Positions 38,340 through 50,132 of a stretch of 64,000 nucleotides of DNA are shown here, one piece after another. Source of the stretch: Isurus oxyrinchus. Taxonomy: Eukaryota. The stretch covers positions 66,216,001 through 66,280,000 of the forward strand of contig JANJGN010000020.1 in assembly GCA_026770705.1 (NCBI GenBank), written 5' to 3'. A program made the translations under genes and the position numbers. Position 1 is the first letter of the stretch. Every line of letters starts with the position of its first letter. The notes under the pieces are model-generated. The model saw nothing but the letters and a program-made list of their open reading frames with translations, was not told where the DNA came from and did not search any database.

Positions 38340-41300
38340 TCTGGGGGCGGTGGGACCTGTACAAGGCGGATGGGTTGCACCTGAACCGGAATGGGACCAA
38401 CATCCTTGCGGGGAGAACTGCTAGTGCTGTTGGGGAGGGTTTAAAACAACTTGGCAGGGGGATGGGACCCTGAGAGGCAGTTCAGCAGGGGGAGATGAAC
38501 AGCCAAAGTTAGATGAGAGAGCAAGTGAGTGTGGAAGGCATAGAAATTATAGGCCAGTTAAGGCACAAGGGAGTTTGGCAAGGTTGGATGGTATTTATTT
38601 TAATGCAAGGAGTCTGACAAATAAGGCAGATGAGTTGAGGGCACGAATTAACACATGGAAGTATGATGTCGTTGCTGTTACAGAGACATGGTTGAGAGAG
38701 GGACAGGATTGGCAGCTCAATATTCTAGGATATAGGGTCTTCAGGCGAGACAGGGAAGGAGGTAAAAGAGGAGGGGGTATCACAATATTGATCAAGGAAT
38801 CAATTACAGCAGTAAGGAGGGATGACATCTTAGAAGGCTCCTCAAATGAAGCCATATGAGTAGAACTTTAAAAACAAAAAAGGAGCAGTCACATTGCTGG
38901 GAGTGTACTATAGGCCCCCAGACAGTCAAGAGAGAAATAGAAGAACAGATATGTAGGCAGATTTCAGAGAAGTGTAAAAATAATAGGGTAGTAATGGTGG
39001 GGGATTTCAACTTCCCCAACATTAACTCGGTTAGTTATAGTATGATAGGTTTAGAGGGAGCGGAATTCTTAAAATGAATCCAGGAGAGCTTTTTTAAGTC
39101 AGTACATAGAAGGTCCTACAAGAGAGGGGTTGGTCTTGGACTTAATTTTAGGGAATGAAGCCGGGAAAATGGTAGAGGTATCAGTGGGGGAGCATTTTGC
39201 AGATAGTGATCATAACTCCTTTAGATTCAAGGTGGTTATGGAAAAGGACACGGGTGGGCCAGGAATCAGAGTTCTAAATTGGGGAAAGGCCGATTTTAAT
39301 AAGATCAGATATGATTTGGCCAGGGTGTACTGGGAGCAGCTACTTTTAGGTAAATCTGCGTCAGAGCAGTGGGACTCATTCAAGAAGGAAATAGGGAGAG
39401 TACAGGGCCAACATATTCCAGTAAAGACAAAGGGTGGGACCAACAAATCCAGGGAACCCTGGATGTCGAGGGACGTACAGAAATAGATAAAGAGAAAAAG
39501 GGAGGCTTATGGCAGATACCGAGGGCTCAGAACAGCGGATGCCCTCGAGGAGTATAGAATGTGTAGGGGGGACATTAAAAAGGAAATTAGGAGACCAAAA
39601 AGGGGCCATGAAAAAGCATTAGCAGGTAAAATAAAGGAAAATCCAAAGTTATTTTACAAGCTCATTAAGAGTAAGAGGATAACTAGGGAAAGATTAGGAC
39701 CCATTAAGGACCATAGTGGTAATTTGTGTGTGGAGCCGGAAGACATAGGTAGGGTTCTAAATGAATACTTTGTGTTGGTGTTCACAAGTGAGAGGGATGA
39801 CGTGGATATGGAAATTCGGTAGAAGAACTGTGATATAATTAAAGCAATTAGCATAGAAAGGGAGGGAGGTTCTAAGTAGGCTTAAAAGTAGATAAATCTC
39901 CAGGCCTGGATGAAATGTATCCCAGGCTGTTGAGTGAGGCAAGGGAGGAGATAGCAGGGGCACTGGCAGTAATTTTCAATATCTCCATGGCCACAGGAGA
40001 GATGCCAGAGGACTAGAAGACAGCCAATGTTGGTACCGTTATTCAAGAAGGGAGGAAGGGATAAACCAGGGAACCACAGGCCATTCAGCCTAACCTCAGT
40101 GGTGGGGAATCTGTTGGAAGCAATTCTGAGGGACAGAATTAATCTACACTTGGAGAGGCAGGGATTAATCAAGGACAGTCAGCATGGTTTTGTTAAGGGA
40201 AGGTCATGGTTGACCAATTTGATTGAATTTTTTGAAGAGGTGACCAGGTGTGTAGATGAGGGCAATGCATTTGACGTAGTTTACTCGGACTTCATCAAGG
40301 CTTTTGATAAGGTCTTGAATGGGAGACTGATAATGAAGGTAAGAGCCTATGGGATCCAAGACAAATTGGCAAATTGGATCCAGAGTTGCCTGAGTAGCAG
40401 GAAGCAGAGAGTGATGGTCGAGGGATGTATTTGTGACTGGATGCCTGTGTCCAGCGGGGTTCCACAGGGATTGATGTTACATCCTTTGCTGTTTGTGGTA
40501 TATATAAACGATTTAGACTTGAATGTCAGATGGTTGATCAGTTCGTGGATGAGACAAAAATTGGTGGGGTGGTAAATAGTGAGGAGGACAGCCTTAGATT
40601 ACAGGAGGATATAGACGGGCTGGTCAGATGGGCTGATTGGTGGCAAATGGAATTTAATCTGAATAAGTGTGAGGTGATGCACTTGGGCAGGACAAACAAG
40701 GCATGGGAATACATGATGAATGGTAGGACCCTGGGACATACTGAGGATCAGAGGGACCTTGGTGTGAATGTCCACTGGTCCCTTAAGGTAGCAGGACAGA
40801 TACATAAGGTGTTTAAGAAGGCATATGGGATACTTGCCTTTATTAGCCGAGACATAGAATATAAGAGCAGGGAGATTATGCTTGTCCTACCACCCCCCCA
40901 CTCCACCCCCCCCCCCCCCCCCAAAAAAAAACAGCTTATATTTCACCTCTCTTCTATTTTTACTTAGTTCTGTTGAAGAGTCATACGGAGTCGAAACATT
41001 AACTGTGTTCCTCTCCACAGATGCTGCCAGACCTGCTGAGTTTTTCCAGGTATTTTTATTTTTGTTTTGGATTTCCAGCATCCGCAGTTTTTTGCTTTTA
41101 GATTATGCTCGAACTGTATAAAACGCTGGTTAGGCCACAACCAGAGTATTGCGCGCAGTTCTGGAATCCACATTATAGGAAGGATGTGATTGCACTAGAG
41201 AGAGTGCAGAGGAGATTTACCAGGATGTTGCCTGGGCTGGAGAGTTTTAGTTATGAAGAGAGATTGGATAGACTGGGAGCAGAGGAGATTGAGGGGGGAC

Positions 41301-41675
41301 ATGATTGAGGTGTATAAAATTATGAGGGGTATAGATAGGGTCAACAAGAAGGAACTTTTCCCCTTGGTGGGGGGATCAATAACCAGGGGCCATAGATTTA
41401 AGCTAAGGGGCAGGAGGTTTAGAGGGGATGTGAAGAAGAATCTTTTCACCCAGAGGGTGGTGGGAATCTGGAACTCACTGCCTGAAAGGGTGGTAGAGGC
41501 AGAAACCCTCAGAACTTTTAAGAAGTATTTGGATGTGCATTTGCAATGCCATGGCATACAAGCTATGGGCCGAGTGCTGGAAAATGGAATTAGAATAGTT
41601 AGGTACTTGTTTGACCGGCACAGACTCAATGGGGTGAAGGGCCTTTTTCTGTGCTGTAGGCCTCTGACTGTATGA
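38340..41675 (+). mobile_element. CR1 LINE: end of ORF1 (SGNH esterase), full ORF2 (APE endonuclease + RT, disrupted), 3' end
   Basis: DGLHLN; YFNARSL..VTETW, GDFNFP, SDH, QHGFVKGRS, KAFDKV, PQG, DETK; interrupted by a PLE insertion at 40883-41099. Confidence 0.93.
40883..41099 (+). mobile_element. Penelope-like pLTR inserted into the CR1
   Basis: 10-bp TSD AGATTATGCT at 40873-40882 and 41100-41109; hammerhead-like motif 40966-41004 (CTGTTGA..GAAAC). Confidence 0.85.
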
Positions 41676-41889
41676 CTTCATGTAAAAATAACTTAGCAAC
41701 TTAGAATACTGATTTTGGTAGGCATGAAAATTCATGTTTGTTTTAACCTCACATTCCTTCTTCTGTTTTTCTTGATCCTACTCTTTTACTACCTTGCCTC
41801 TCACCACAATTACTTCTCTCTGTGTTCCCTTTTCCTTTCTGTGCAGCTGTTTCTCCAACTTTTTGATTCATGATCTATTCATTTCAAGA

Positions 41890-42495
41890 TTGACTCTTCA
41901 CTCTATCTCCCTGCCCCTCTCTCTCACTCTGTCTTTACTGCCCCCCCTTACTCTGTCGCATTGTCTCTTTCTCTCTCTTTGTCTCCCCACCCCTCTTGCT
42001 CGTGCTCTCTCTCTCTCGCTCTGTCCTCCTGCCTCTCACTCTCTCTCTCTTTCTCTCTGTCTCCCTGTCTATCTCTCTCACTCTGTCTCCCATCCTCACT
42101 TTCACTGTCTCTTACTCTTGTCTCCCCATGCCACTCTGTCTCCTTATCTCTTTCTCTCTCTCTCACACTCTCACTCTGTCTCCCTGCCTCCCTCTCACTC
42201 TGCCTGCCTGCCTGCCTCTCTCAATCTGTCTGTCGGCCTCTGTCTGTCTCTCTTCATCTGTCTTCCTGATGCTCTCTCACTCTGGCTGTCTGTCTCCGAC
42301 CCCCTCCCCAGTTCCCTCTCACTCTATCTTCTACCTCTCATCGATCTGTCTATCTCTGTCTCTCTCCACTTGTCCTCTGTGCTGCTTTCCCTGTCTCATT
42401 TTTCTATCTCACTTTCTCTTCTTCCTGTTTATCTGACTGTCATCTTTCTCTGTCTCTCTCCATACTGTCTCTCCTTTCTCCTCTTTTCCTCTTTC
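41890..42495. repeat. CT-rich low-complexity / degenerate microsatellite
   Basis: Almost purely pyrimidine on the + strand. Confidence 0.85.
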
Positions 42496-42499
42496 ATGA

Positions 42500-44110
42500 C
42501 TTTCAAAAGACATATGACAAAGCTTAAGTCCATGGGATTAATGTGGCAGCGTGGCTAAACATGGTTTAGCAACAGAAATAGTGGTCATGGTGACGGTTGT
42601 TTTTCAAATTTGAGGAAAGTATACAGTGGTGTCCTTCAGGGGATCAGTATTAGGACTACTGCTCTTTTTGATATATATAATAACCTGGACTTGGGTATAT
42701 AAGGCATAGAGCTGGATTAGACACTTGAGGGTGGCCCCCCCGCACCCTAGCCACCTGTGCTTGGCTGGCTAGCCCCAATTTATATTTTCAGGCAACAGCC
42801 CTTTAATTAGTATGAAGTGGTCAGTCTCTAGGAGGAAGTCCTGCTTCATAAAGCTGCTGGCAATTGGACCCCAGCAGTTCTGTGCCACACCAGGATTGGT
42901 GGCTACTGCCGGTACTCCAGGAGGGAAAGGGAACCACAGATGCCACAAAAAACAGGGAAGTCCGTGATCTCAGCGGGACCAGGATTGCAGACCCCGATGA
43001 AGTGGGTAGCATGAAGGGGGCATGTTAGACAGGGTAGGGCAGAGAGGGAGAGTGGACATGGGAGGCAAAACTGGTGCTCTGTCAAATCGGAGCGGTGGCA
43101 GGATAAGGCCCTTAATTGGACTTTATCACCCACTTAAGGGCCTCTGTTGAGCCACAGGCTGGCAGTCCACTTGATACCTCCCCTGCCATCCATGAAATCG
43201 TGGCAGGGGTCAAGCAGGCTAATGATGGCACAGTGATGTCATTTACAGGCCCACCCTCCTGTTTTCCTGCCCATGGGTGGCCCATAAAAACCTGTCCCAT
43301 AATTTAAAAGCCTGTGGATGACACAAAACTCAAAAGTCTAGTAAGAAATGAGAAGGATAGTAACAGACCTAAGGAGGACATAGATAGACTAGTGAAATGG
43401 GCAGACTATTAGTATACTAAATTTAATACAGAGAGTGTGACGTGTTACATTTAAGATTGAGGAAGGACATTATAAACTAAATGGTACAATTTTTAATTTT
43501 TGAAAGTAGAAGGCTGTTTTAAAAAAAAACCATACAGGATCTTTTTCCTTAATAGAGGAATAGAATGCAAAAGCAAAGAAGTTATGCTTTATATGTTACT
43601 GGCTATGCCCTAGCTGGAATAATGTACAATTTTGGGCACTTAAGTTTAAGAAGGACGTCAAGGCTTCAGTAAAGATGTAGAGGAGATTTGTGAGAATGGT
43701 ACCAGGGATGCAGGACTTAAATTACATGGAAATGTTAGAAAAACTATTTTAATTCCCCATAGAGTAAAGAAGGTGAAAGAAAGATTTAGAAAGGTGTTCA
43801 AAATTATGAGGGATATTGACAGATTAAATAATGAGAAACTGTTTGTGTCAGAAAGGTCAGCAACCAGTGGACTCAGATTTGAGAAAATTAGTGAAAGAAG
43901 CAGAAGTGCGCTGATTGCTTTTTACACAATGTACTGCCTGAAATGGTGGCAGTATTTAATAATAGTTCTTTAAAGGGAATTGGACAAATATTTGAAGAGA
44001 TAAAAACTGTAAGCCTATGGGGAAAGGGCAGGTCAGTGAGACTAATTGAATAACTCTACCAAAGAGCAGCACAGACAAGGGGCTGAATGACCTCCTCCTG
44101 TGCTGTTTTA
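42500..44110 (+). mobile_element. Old CR1 fragment interrupted by a putative Harbinger-type MITE (42709-43298)
   Basis: CR1 RT sequence stops at ..ggcata and resumes ataatttaaaagcctgtggatgacacaaaa; insert has degenerate GRGCTGGATT / AACCTGTCCC ends and a 3-bp ATA duplication. Confidence 0.6.
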
Positions 44111-44221
44111 CCCCTTGCTTTTCTTTCCACTTTCATGCCAGACTATTTTAAACAATATTCTGAGGAATTTCTCCTCATACCTGATTTCTTTTTGAGAGTA
44201 TTGTGTGTGCTTGCTTGCCAT

Positions 44222-44474
44222 TGTAATGTAATGGTGTCGGCAGAGCAAGGGTTAACGTGCGATTGGAGAATAGCACCACTCACTGTATGATGTATAGAGT
44301 CACATGGTGAGAGACTCAGAATCTAGAAGAAGCCTGCATGGGGACAGCAGCACCATGCATGGAGTAACTGGGATCTGAAAATAGTTAAACACTACCAATA
44401 AAAATTATTTATGTTTAAACATACAAGTCTCAAGATCTCATCACTGAGACACCAAACGAAGCCATGACACAACA
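44222..44474 (+). mobile_element. Possible solo LTR
   Basis: ~250 bp, TGTAATG..CACAACA ends, internal AATAAA; no TSD found. Confidence 0.4.
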
Positions 44475-44714
44475 GAGAGGAGTTCCCTTACTGGCTTATT
44501 CCCTGACTTCCCTCAGTCTGTTTTACTCTTGGGCTTGTCACTTTCTTACTTTATTTCTAATTCTTCCTCTTTCTTGCTTTTCTCTTTCCCTCTCTTTGGA
44601 AATTTCACCTGCTCACCAGTTCTCTCCCTGCTTCTCATTCTTCTCTCACTCTAATGTCCGATGGTCCTTTTCTCTCCCTTTCTTCTTCTCTTAGCCCTCC
44701 CTTCTCCCTCTTTT

Positions 44715-45037
44715 CTCTTCTCCTTCCTCTCTGTTCCCTCCCCCTCCTTCCTCTCTGTTCCCTCCCCCTCCTTCCTCTCTGTTCCCTCCCCCTCCTTCCT
44801 CTTTGTTCCCTCCCCCTCCTTCCTCTCTGTTCCCTCCCCCTCCTTCCTCTCTGTTCCCTCCCCCTCCTTCCTCTCTGTTCCCTCCCCCTCCTTCCTCTCT
44901 GTTCCCTCCCCCTCCTTCCTCTCTGTTCCCTCCCCCTCCTTCCTCTCTGTTCCCTCCCCCTCCTTCCTCTCTGTTCCCTCCCCCTCCTCCCTCTCTGTTC
45001 CCTCCCCCTCCTCCCTCTCTGTTCCCTCCCCCTCCTT
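44715..45037. repeat. 24-bp polypyrimidine minisatellite (CTCTCTGTTCCCTCCCCCTCCTTC), about 13 copies
   Basis: Near-exact tandem units directly abutting the 5' truncation point of the next LINE. Confidence 0.95.
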
Positions 45038-45039
45038 CA

Positions 45040-47480
45040 CCCGATCAAATTGGCAGAGGTAGCCCCGAGCAAGAATTTATATGATGTATTCGGGACAGTT
45101 TGTTAGAACAATATGTTGTGTATCCAAGCAGGGATCAGGCTATTTCGGATCTGGTAATATATAATGAAGCAGGGTTAATAAATGATCTCAGAGTAAGAGA
45201 TTCCCTAGGAAATAGTGACCATAACATGTTAAAATTTAGCATTCAGTTTGAGATTGAGAAACTTGGGTCGGAAACAACTGTGTTAAACTTAAATAAAGGT
45301 AATTACAAAGGAATATGGGCAGAGTTGTCTGGAGTGGACTGGGAAAGGAGTTTAGCAGAAAAGGCAGCTGATGAACAATGGCAAACATTTAAGAAAATAG
45401 TTTATGACTCACGACAAAGATATATCTTTGTGAGGAAGAAAGATTCTAGGAAGGGGATAAACCAACCATAGTTAACCAAAGAAGTTAAGGATAATTTCGA
45501 ATTGAAAGAAAAAACATACAATGTGGCAAGGATTAGTAGTAAACCAGAGGATTGGGGAAGTTTTAAAAATTAACAAAAGATGACCAAAAAAAATAAAGAG
45601 GGAGAAAATAAACTTTGAGGGTAAACTAGCAAGTAATATAAAAACGGACAGTAAGAGCTTCTTTAAATATATAAAAAGGGAGAGGCCAAAGTGAACATTG
45701 GCCCCTTAGAGAATGAGGCTGGGGAAATAATGGGGATCACCAAATGGCAGGGGAGTTGAATAAATACTTTACATTAGTCTTCACAGTACAAGACACTAAT
45801 AGCATTCCAAAAATACTAAATAATCAAGGGCAAAAATGGGGGAGGAAATAAATACAATATCTATCACTAGAGAAAAAGTATTAGGGAAACTAATGGGGCT
45901 AAAGGTCAATAAGGCCCCTGGATCTGATAGGTTGCATTCTAGGATATCAAAGGAAATAGCTACAGAGATAATGAATGCACTGGTAGTAATCTGCTAAAAA
46001 TCCTTAGATTCTGGAAAAGTCCCGGAGGATTGAAAAACCGCCAATGTAACACCCTTATTCAAAAAGGGAGGGAGACAAAAAAACAGGTAACTATAGGCCA
46101 CTTAGCTTAACATCTGTCATTGGGAAAATATTAGAATATTATAAGGGATGTAATAGCAGAGCGTTTAGAAATGCATAATTTAATCAAGCAAGTCAGCATG
46201 GCTTCATGAAGGGGAAATCATGCCTGACAAATTTATTAGAATTCTTTGAGGAGGTAACAGGCTGGATAGATAAAAGGGAACCAGTAGATATAATGTATTT
46301 GGATTCCAAAAGGCATTCAATAAGGTACCGCACACAATGCTACTCAATGAGATAAAAGCCCATGTGTTGGGGATAGTGTATTAGCATGGATAGAGGATTG
46401 GCTAACTAATAGAAGACGGAGAGTTGAGATGGGGGGACATTTTCAGGATGACAACCTGTAAACTAGTGGAGTACACAGGGATCAGTGCTGGGACCATCAT
46501 TCTTTACAATATATATTAATGACTCAGGTGAGGGGAGTGAATGTACTATTGTCAAGTTTGCGGATGATGCAAAAATAGGTGGGAAGGCAAGTGATGAGGA
46601 TGACACAGAGTCCACAGAGGGATATAGACAGGTTAAGTGAGTGGACAAAAACTTGGCTGATGAAATATAATGTGGCAAAATGTGAGATTATGCACTTAGG
46701 CGGGAAGAATAGAGGAGCTGAATATTATTTAAATAGAGAAAGACTCTCAAAAAGCTGCAGCACAGAGGGATTTGGGGGTCCTCATGCATGAATCGCAAAG
46801 GGCTAGCATACAAGTTCAGCAGATAATAGGGAAGCAAATGGAATGTTGGCCTTTATTTCAAAGGGAATGGAGTATAAAGATAGGGGAGTCTTCCTAAAGC
46901 CATACAGGGCACTAGTCAGGCCACACCCAGAATACCGTGGACTGTTTTGGTCCCCTTATCTAAGGAAAGATATACTGGCGTTGGAGGCAGTCCAGAGAAG
47001 GTTCACTAGATTGATCCTGGGTATGGAGGGATTTTCTTATGAGGAGAGGTTGAGTAGGTTGGGCCTGTACTCATTGGAGTTTAGAAGAATGAGAGGCGAC
47101 CTTATTGAAACATATAACATTCTTTGGGGGCTTGATGGGGTAGATGCTGAGAGGTTGTTTCCCCTCATGGGAGAGTCTAGGACCAGTGGGCATAATCTCA
47201 GAGTGAGGGTTCGCCCATTTAAGACAGAGATGAGAAAGAATTTCTTCTCTCAGAGGGTAGTGCATCTGTGGAATTCTTTACCACAGTGGACTGTAGAGGC
47301 TGGGCCATTAAGTATATTCGAGGCTGAGATAAACAGATTTTTAATCAGTAAGGGAATCAAGGTATATGGGGAAAATGCAGGAAAGTGGAGTTGAGGATTA
47401 TCAATCAGCCATGATCTCATTGAATGGTGGAGTGGACTCGATGGCCCGAATTGCTTACTTCTGCTCCTACATCTTATGGT
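45040..47480 (+). mobile_element. CR1 LINE, 5'-truncated within the endonuclease region
   Basis: LGNSDHN, QHGFMKGKSCLTNLLEFFE, KFADDAK, ORF 46843-47394 C-terminus; ends cctacatcttatggt. Confidence 0.92.
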
Positions 47481-47657
47481 TTATCTTCCTCCCCTCTATC
47501 ATCCTACCTTCCTCCAACTCCTTCCTCCCTTCCTCTCCCTCCTTCCCTCTACACCCTTCATCCCTTTCTCCTTCTCATCCCTCCCTCCCTTCCTCCCACC
47601 GCTCCCCCTCCCCTCCTCAGCCTCCTCCCTCCCCTCCTCTGCCTCCTCCCTCCTCTC

Positions 47658-47697
<40 letters not shown>

Positions 47698-49462
47698 CTT
47701 TCTCCCTCCTTTCTGTCTTCCTCACACAATTACTTTGGAATTGAAGCTTGGATGACTCATGCAAAAGCACAGTTAGCAAATGGGTTGAAACTTGTTGACA
47801 GGCATGGTGAAAACTGTACCATAGGAAGTACATTTTACTGTTGCAGGAGGCGCGAGATATATTTAAGGATGCTTTCCATAAAGATAAAACTCATGCTGAA
47901 GGCTTAATTTATTGTAGCAACTTCTCAGCATGATAGTGCAGTGAGCACGGTTATTTTGCAGGAGATTAGTTCAATTGAGCACCTACTTAACACAAGCTTA
48001 TGAAATAGGAGCAGAAGTAGGCCATTTGGCATCTCGAGCCTGCTCAGCCATTGAGTAAGATCATGACTGCTTTGCTTGTGTTTCAAATTCCACATTCCCA
48101 TCTACCCACAATAATCTATATTGCAGGATTTGCACAAAGTGTGGTGGCGTTAGGGAGAAAGGACATTTTACCTGCCAGCCGCACTGGCAGGTTTTCGCAC
48201 TGTAGCGTTCCATTCCCGGCACATCCCACTTCATTAATAATGTATTCCCGGTAAACTCGCTGCATTGCTGGCAGGATGGCCTCAGATTCGCCTGCCCCAA
48301 TATCACCTCAGGCCTTCAATAATTGGGTGCCATATTTAAAGGGCCCCCCTGCACAGAGCTAGCACTCTTGAAGGGATCGGAAGCTGCTGCAAAGTCATGG
48401 CTGCCAAAGGGAGGAAACATGCTGCCCCCAAATTTAGCGACGTCTCCCTCGGGTGCCTGCTGAACACAGTTGAGGCCCGTCGTGAAGACCTCTACCCCTC
48501 TTTGGGTGAAGACCAGCGAGCAAGGTTACCATTTGAGCATGGGATGTGGTGGCAGAGATCATCAGCGCCAACACCGTACAAAAGAAGTCAACCAGCCAAT
48601 ACCAAAGAGGATAAATGATCTTCTCTGTTCCGCCAAGGTAAGTCACTCTTCTCATCACTCTCAACTCTCACTCACAAACCCATCAAATATCCACAGGGAT
48701 CTCACTCACTGCCAACAACCTCACCGCTCACATTCTCACATACACCTTCATCTGCCACATGGATCGTGTTCTCATCCCGTCCATGTCACTATTCACCACC
48801 CACACTTGCCAGGCATCCTTCTCATCTGGCCTGGCAGGCGTCATACCTCAGCTGCTGGAGATGCAAAGGCAAGCTCGGGAACATCAGGAAGGGATGTCCA
48901 CTGCACTCCTCAGATTGTAAGGCATGACTAAGGAGTCTGTCTGCCTTCAGTTTGAGGTGATAGCGCTGGCAAGCTCTGGCATGCAGTCAACACTGTAGGA
49001 TGGCAGCCACCATGGAGACTTAGTCCAGGACATCGGTCCTGCACTACTACACGGGCTGAACTCCATCACTGATGCCGTAGTTGGCCTCCAACAGTGGAAC
49101 TGCGGGAGGGATGTGGGGCAGCTTGATTTCACTCCATCTTCCCCTTCTCAAGGAGTCAGCCAGGGGCCTTCGAGCAGGAATAGGAAGGAGGATCAGCAGG
49201 TGCACACACCGGGGTCATCCACCCTGGTGACTCCAGGAGTGTCTAGCCCATCCGAGTCCCCTCTTCTTGTGACTCCAGCAGCTCCAAATCCACAGGCCAA
49301 GGAGGGTGCCACTGCCACCTAGCAGGACACCGAAAGCTGGCGTGGCCCTCCAGAGGACATGGCCAAGCTCATCACCATACGTAGCAGTCAGCAGGCTGCC
49401 TCCACCTCCACTGTGGATGTCCGGGGACATAGTGGCAGGGTTAGGAAGGTTGAGAAGATGTA

Positions 49463-49711
49463 ACTCTTTTAGAGTTAAAACAATTAAACTAAACTAACAA
49501 AATAAGGGATAAATCAAGCACAGCCCCTAAGTCAGGTCAGCTGTAAAACCAAGAACAAAGTTTAAAGGAAACTTACAAACATTAAACCAAGATGTGATTA
49601 AAGGGGTCGATAAAGCACCCCAGTCCCCGCGGTGCCCACCGAGCACGGAAGGCCTCGAGAGTGCCAGCAGACACTGCGTGCTTCCTCTCCAAGGACACCC
49701 GGCCGCAAACG
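49463..49711 (-). mobile_element. Tx1-type (L1 clade) LINE 3' fragment
   Basis: Minus translation VCGRVSLERKHAVSAGTLEAFRARWAPRGLGCFIDPFNHILV*, then a T-rich ~120-nt 3' UTR ending CTCTAAAAGAGT; 11-bp TSD GAGAAGATGTA (49452-49462, 49712-49722); clade call from recalled C-terminal similarity. Confidence 0.72.
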
Positions 49712-49722
49712 GAGAAGATGTA

Positions 49723-49979
49723 ACTCTTTCGAGTACAAACCCGTTTCCATCTGTTCCTATTCAGATGAAGCTACATTGTTTCATAGTTTGCCATTGTGAG
49801 ATTTGAACTCTTGATCTTGGGGTTACAAACCCAGTACCGTAACCACTTGGCTATTTAGGCCAAGCAAAATATTTGTTCAATGTCTCTTCCATTTCATAGT
49901 TTTGCTATTGTGAGATTTGAACTCTTGATCTTGGGGTTACAAACCCAGTACCATAACCACTTGGCTATTTAGGCCAAGC
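49723..49979 (-). mobile_element. Dimeric tRNA-Thr(UGU)-derived SINE
   Basis: Two heads GCCTAAATAGCCAAGTGGTTAYGGTACTGGGTTTGTAACCCCAAGATCAAGAGTTCAAATCTC (A box, TGT anticodon, B box); one tail ending CTCGAAAGAGT; 14-bp TSD ACGGAGAAGATGTA. Confidence 0.8.
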
Positions 49980-49994
49980 TACGGAGAAGATGTA

Positions 49995-50132
49995 ACTCTT
50001 TCGAGTACAAACCCATTTCCATCTGTTTCAGATGAAGTTACATTGTTTCATAGTTTGCCAATGTGAGATTTGAACTCTTGATCTTGGGGTTACAAACCCA
50101 GTACCATAACCACTTGGCTATTTAGGCCAAGC
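49995..50132 (-). mobile_element. Monomeric tRNA-Thr(UGU)-derived SINE
   Basis: Same family as 49723-49865; flanked by ACGGAGAAGATGTA at 49981-49994 and 50134-50147. Confidence 0.82.

Noticed and set aside
41794-42558. 254-aa Leu/Ser-rich ORF, and similar ORFs at 44651-45106 and 47366-47907
   Set aside because: Low-complexity CT tracts lack stop codons by composition
49785-50132. Three functional tRNA-Thr genes in tandem
   Set aside because: Acceptor stem does not pair well, no poly-T terminator, and the units carry a shared tail and TSDs, so they are SINEs
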